DNA of 63,601 nt, counting the filler, from Octopus bimaculoides (lineage: Eukaryota): NCBI RefSeq assembly GCF_001194135.2. It is 6 parts of 6 records of this genome, joined end to end, with 100 filler letters (N's around TTAATTAATTAA, not from the genome) between each part and the next. Parts side by side here need not be neighbours in the genome. Positions count along the whole stretch, not along the records: positions 60,028 to 63,601 come from NW_026333915.1; 5 more parts are not named here. One strand, 5' to 3'. The position numbers were made by a program, and so were the translations under genes. Position 1 is the stretch's first letter; every line of letters starts with the position of its first letter. A model generated the notes under the pieces. It was given only the letters and a program-made list of their open reading frames with translations. It was not told the origin of the DNA and did not search any database. Shown in pieces: positions 62,142 through 63,601 of this stretch.

Positions 62142-63222
62142 NNNNNNNNNNNNNNNNNNNNNNNNNNNNNNNNNNNNNNNNNNNNNNNNNNNNNNNNNNN
62201 NNNNNNNNNNNNNNNNNNNNNNNNNNNNNNNNNNNNNNNNNNNNNNNNNNNNNNNNNNNNNNNNNNNNNNNNNNNNNNNNNNNNNNNNNNNNNNNNNNNN
62301 NNNNNNNNNNNNNNNNNNNNNNNNNNNNNNNNNNNNNNNNNNNNNNNTGCATATGTACATTCATGCGTACATGCATATATCCATACACCCATATACATGC
62401 TCATGCGGATATATATATATATATGTATGTACACATATATATATATACATACACGCATGCATATGTACATTCATGCGTACATGCATATATCCATACACCC
62501 ATATACATGCTCATGCGGATATATATATATATATGTATGTATGTATGTATGCAATGTTTTATGCATCTTGGAAAAGTTCATGATCGAAAGATGAGAAAAG
62601 TCAGAACTTCAAAGAGCAGGAAGAAATGTCGCTAAGCATGTCTTCCGACGCGTTAGCGATTCTGCCAGCTCACCGCCAAAATAATAATGATAAAATGATG
62701 ATGATGATGATAATAATTATAACAATAATAATAATAATAATGATTACGATGATAATGATGATGATGATGATGATAGTGGTTTCAGGTTTTGGCACAAGGC
62801 GAGCAATTTTAGGGGAGGGAGTAAGTCGATTTCTTCGCTACCAGTGTTCAACTGGTACTTATTTTATCGATTCCAAAAGGACGAAAGGCAAAGTCGACCT
62901 CGGTGGAATTTGAACTCAGAACGGAAAGCCGGAAGAAACGTTATCAAACATTTTGTTTCGTCTTCTTCATGATCCTGTTCTTTTACCGCCTTGATGCAAA
63001 GCATGAATATTAATCCATTTTTTTTAAAAAGGTATATTAAATATTATATTAGATAATTCTTGATTTATTGAAATAATTCCCGCTTCCAGAGAAGGTAGAA
63101 CAACCGCTTGTGGCAACTGGGACCCGCTCAAAATGAGAAGAGGATATGTACCCTTGATACGTCAAATACATGCCATAGGCCACTCTGGATTCTCTTTGTT
63201 CATTTTGTTTCGTGTGTATATA

Positions 63223-63600
63223 TTGTTGTTGTTGGCACTCCGTCGCTTAGGATGTCGAGGGTTCCAGTCGATCCGATCAACGGAACAGCCTGCTCGTGAA
63301 ATTAACGTGCAAGTAGCTGAGCACTCCACAGACACGTGTACCCTTAACGTAGTTCTCGGGGATATTCAGCGTGACACAGTGTGACAAGGCTGACCCTTTG
63401 AATTACAGGCACAACAGAAACAGGAAGTAAGAGTGAAACTTGCGGTGGAAGAGTACAGCAGGGTTCGCCACCATACCCTGCCAGAGCCTCGTGGAGCTTT
63501 TAGGTGTTTTTGCTCAATAAACACTCACAACGCCCGGTCTGGGAATCGAAACCGCGATCCCATGACCGCTACTCTAACCACTTGGCCTTTGCGCCTCCGT
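63223..63600 (-). mobile_element. SINE family B, near full length
   Basis: Reverse complement of 54911-55290; (AAC)n tail at 63223-63233. Confidence 0.88.
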
Positions 63601-63601
63601 A

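Overview
AT-rich, microsatellite-dense eukaryotic DNA from a gapped draft scaffold; the SINE repertoire and composition suggest an octopus/cephalopod genome (inference, no search run). Most of the window is decayed transposons: Helitron, five Penelope-like retroelement (PLE) pieces with degenerate minimal hammerhead motifs, Tigger/pogo, mariner with intact TIRs, Tc1 and Tc3-like fragments, piggyBac, Ty3/gypsy, a second LTR family, Tx1/L1, R4/Dong-type and RTE LINE fragments, and about five SINE families. There are no rRNA, bona fide tRNA or CRISPR features. The main non-TE signal is missed by the ORF track. It is a spliced four-exon minus-strand gene (43713..40840) encoding a predicted 122-aa secreted, cysteine-rich protein with a hydrophobic C-tail. 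Three more diverged copies of its promoter plus signal-peptide exon lie at about 36.1, 37.0 and 38.5 kb, pointing to a local tandem family in birth-and-death. Five 100-bp N44-TTAATTAATTAA-N44 linkers are artificial joins, so order and orientation across them are unverified.
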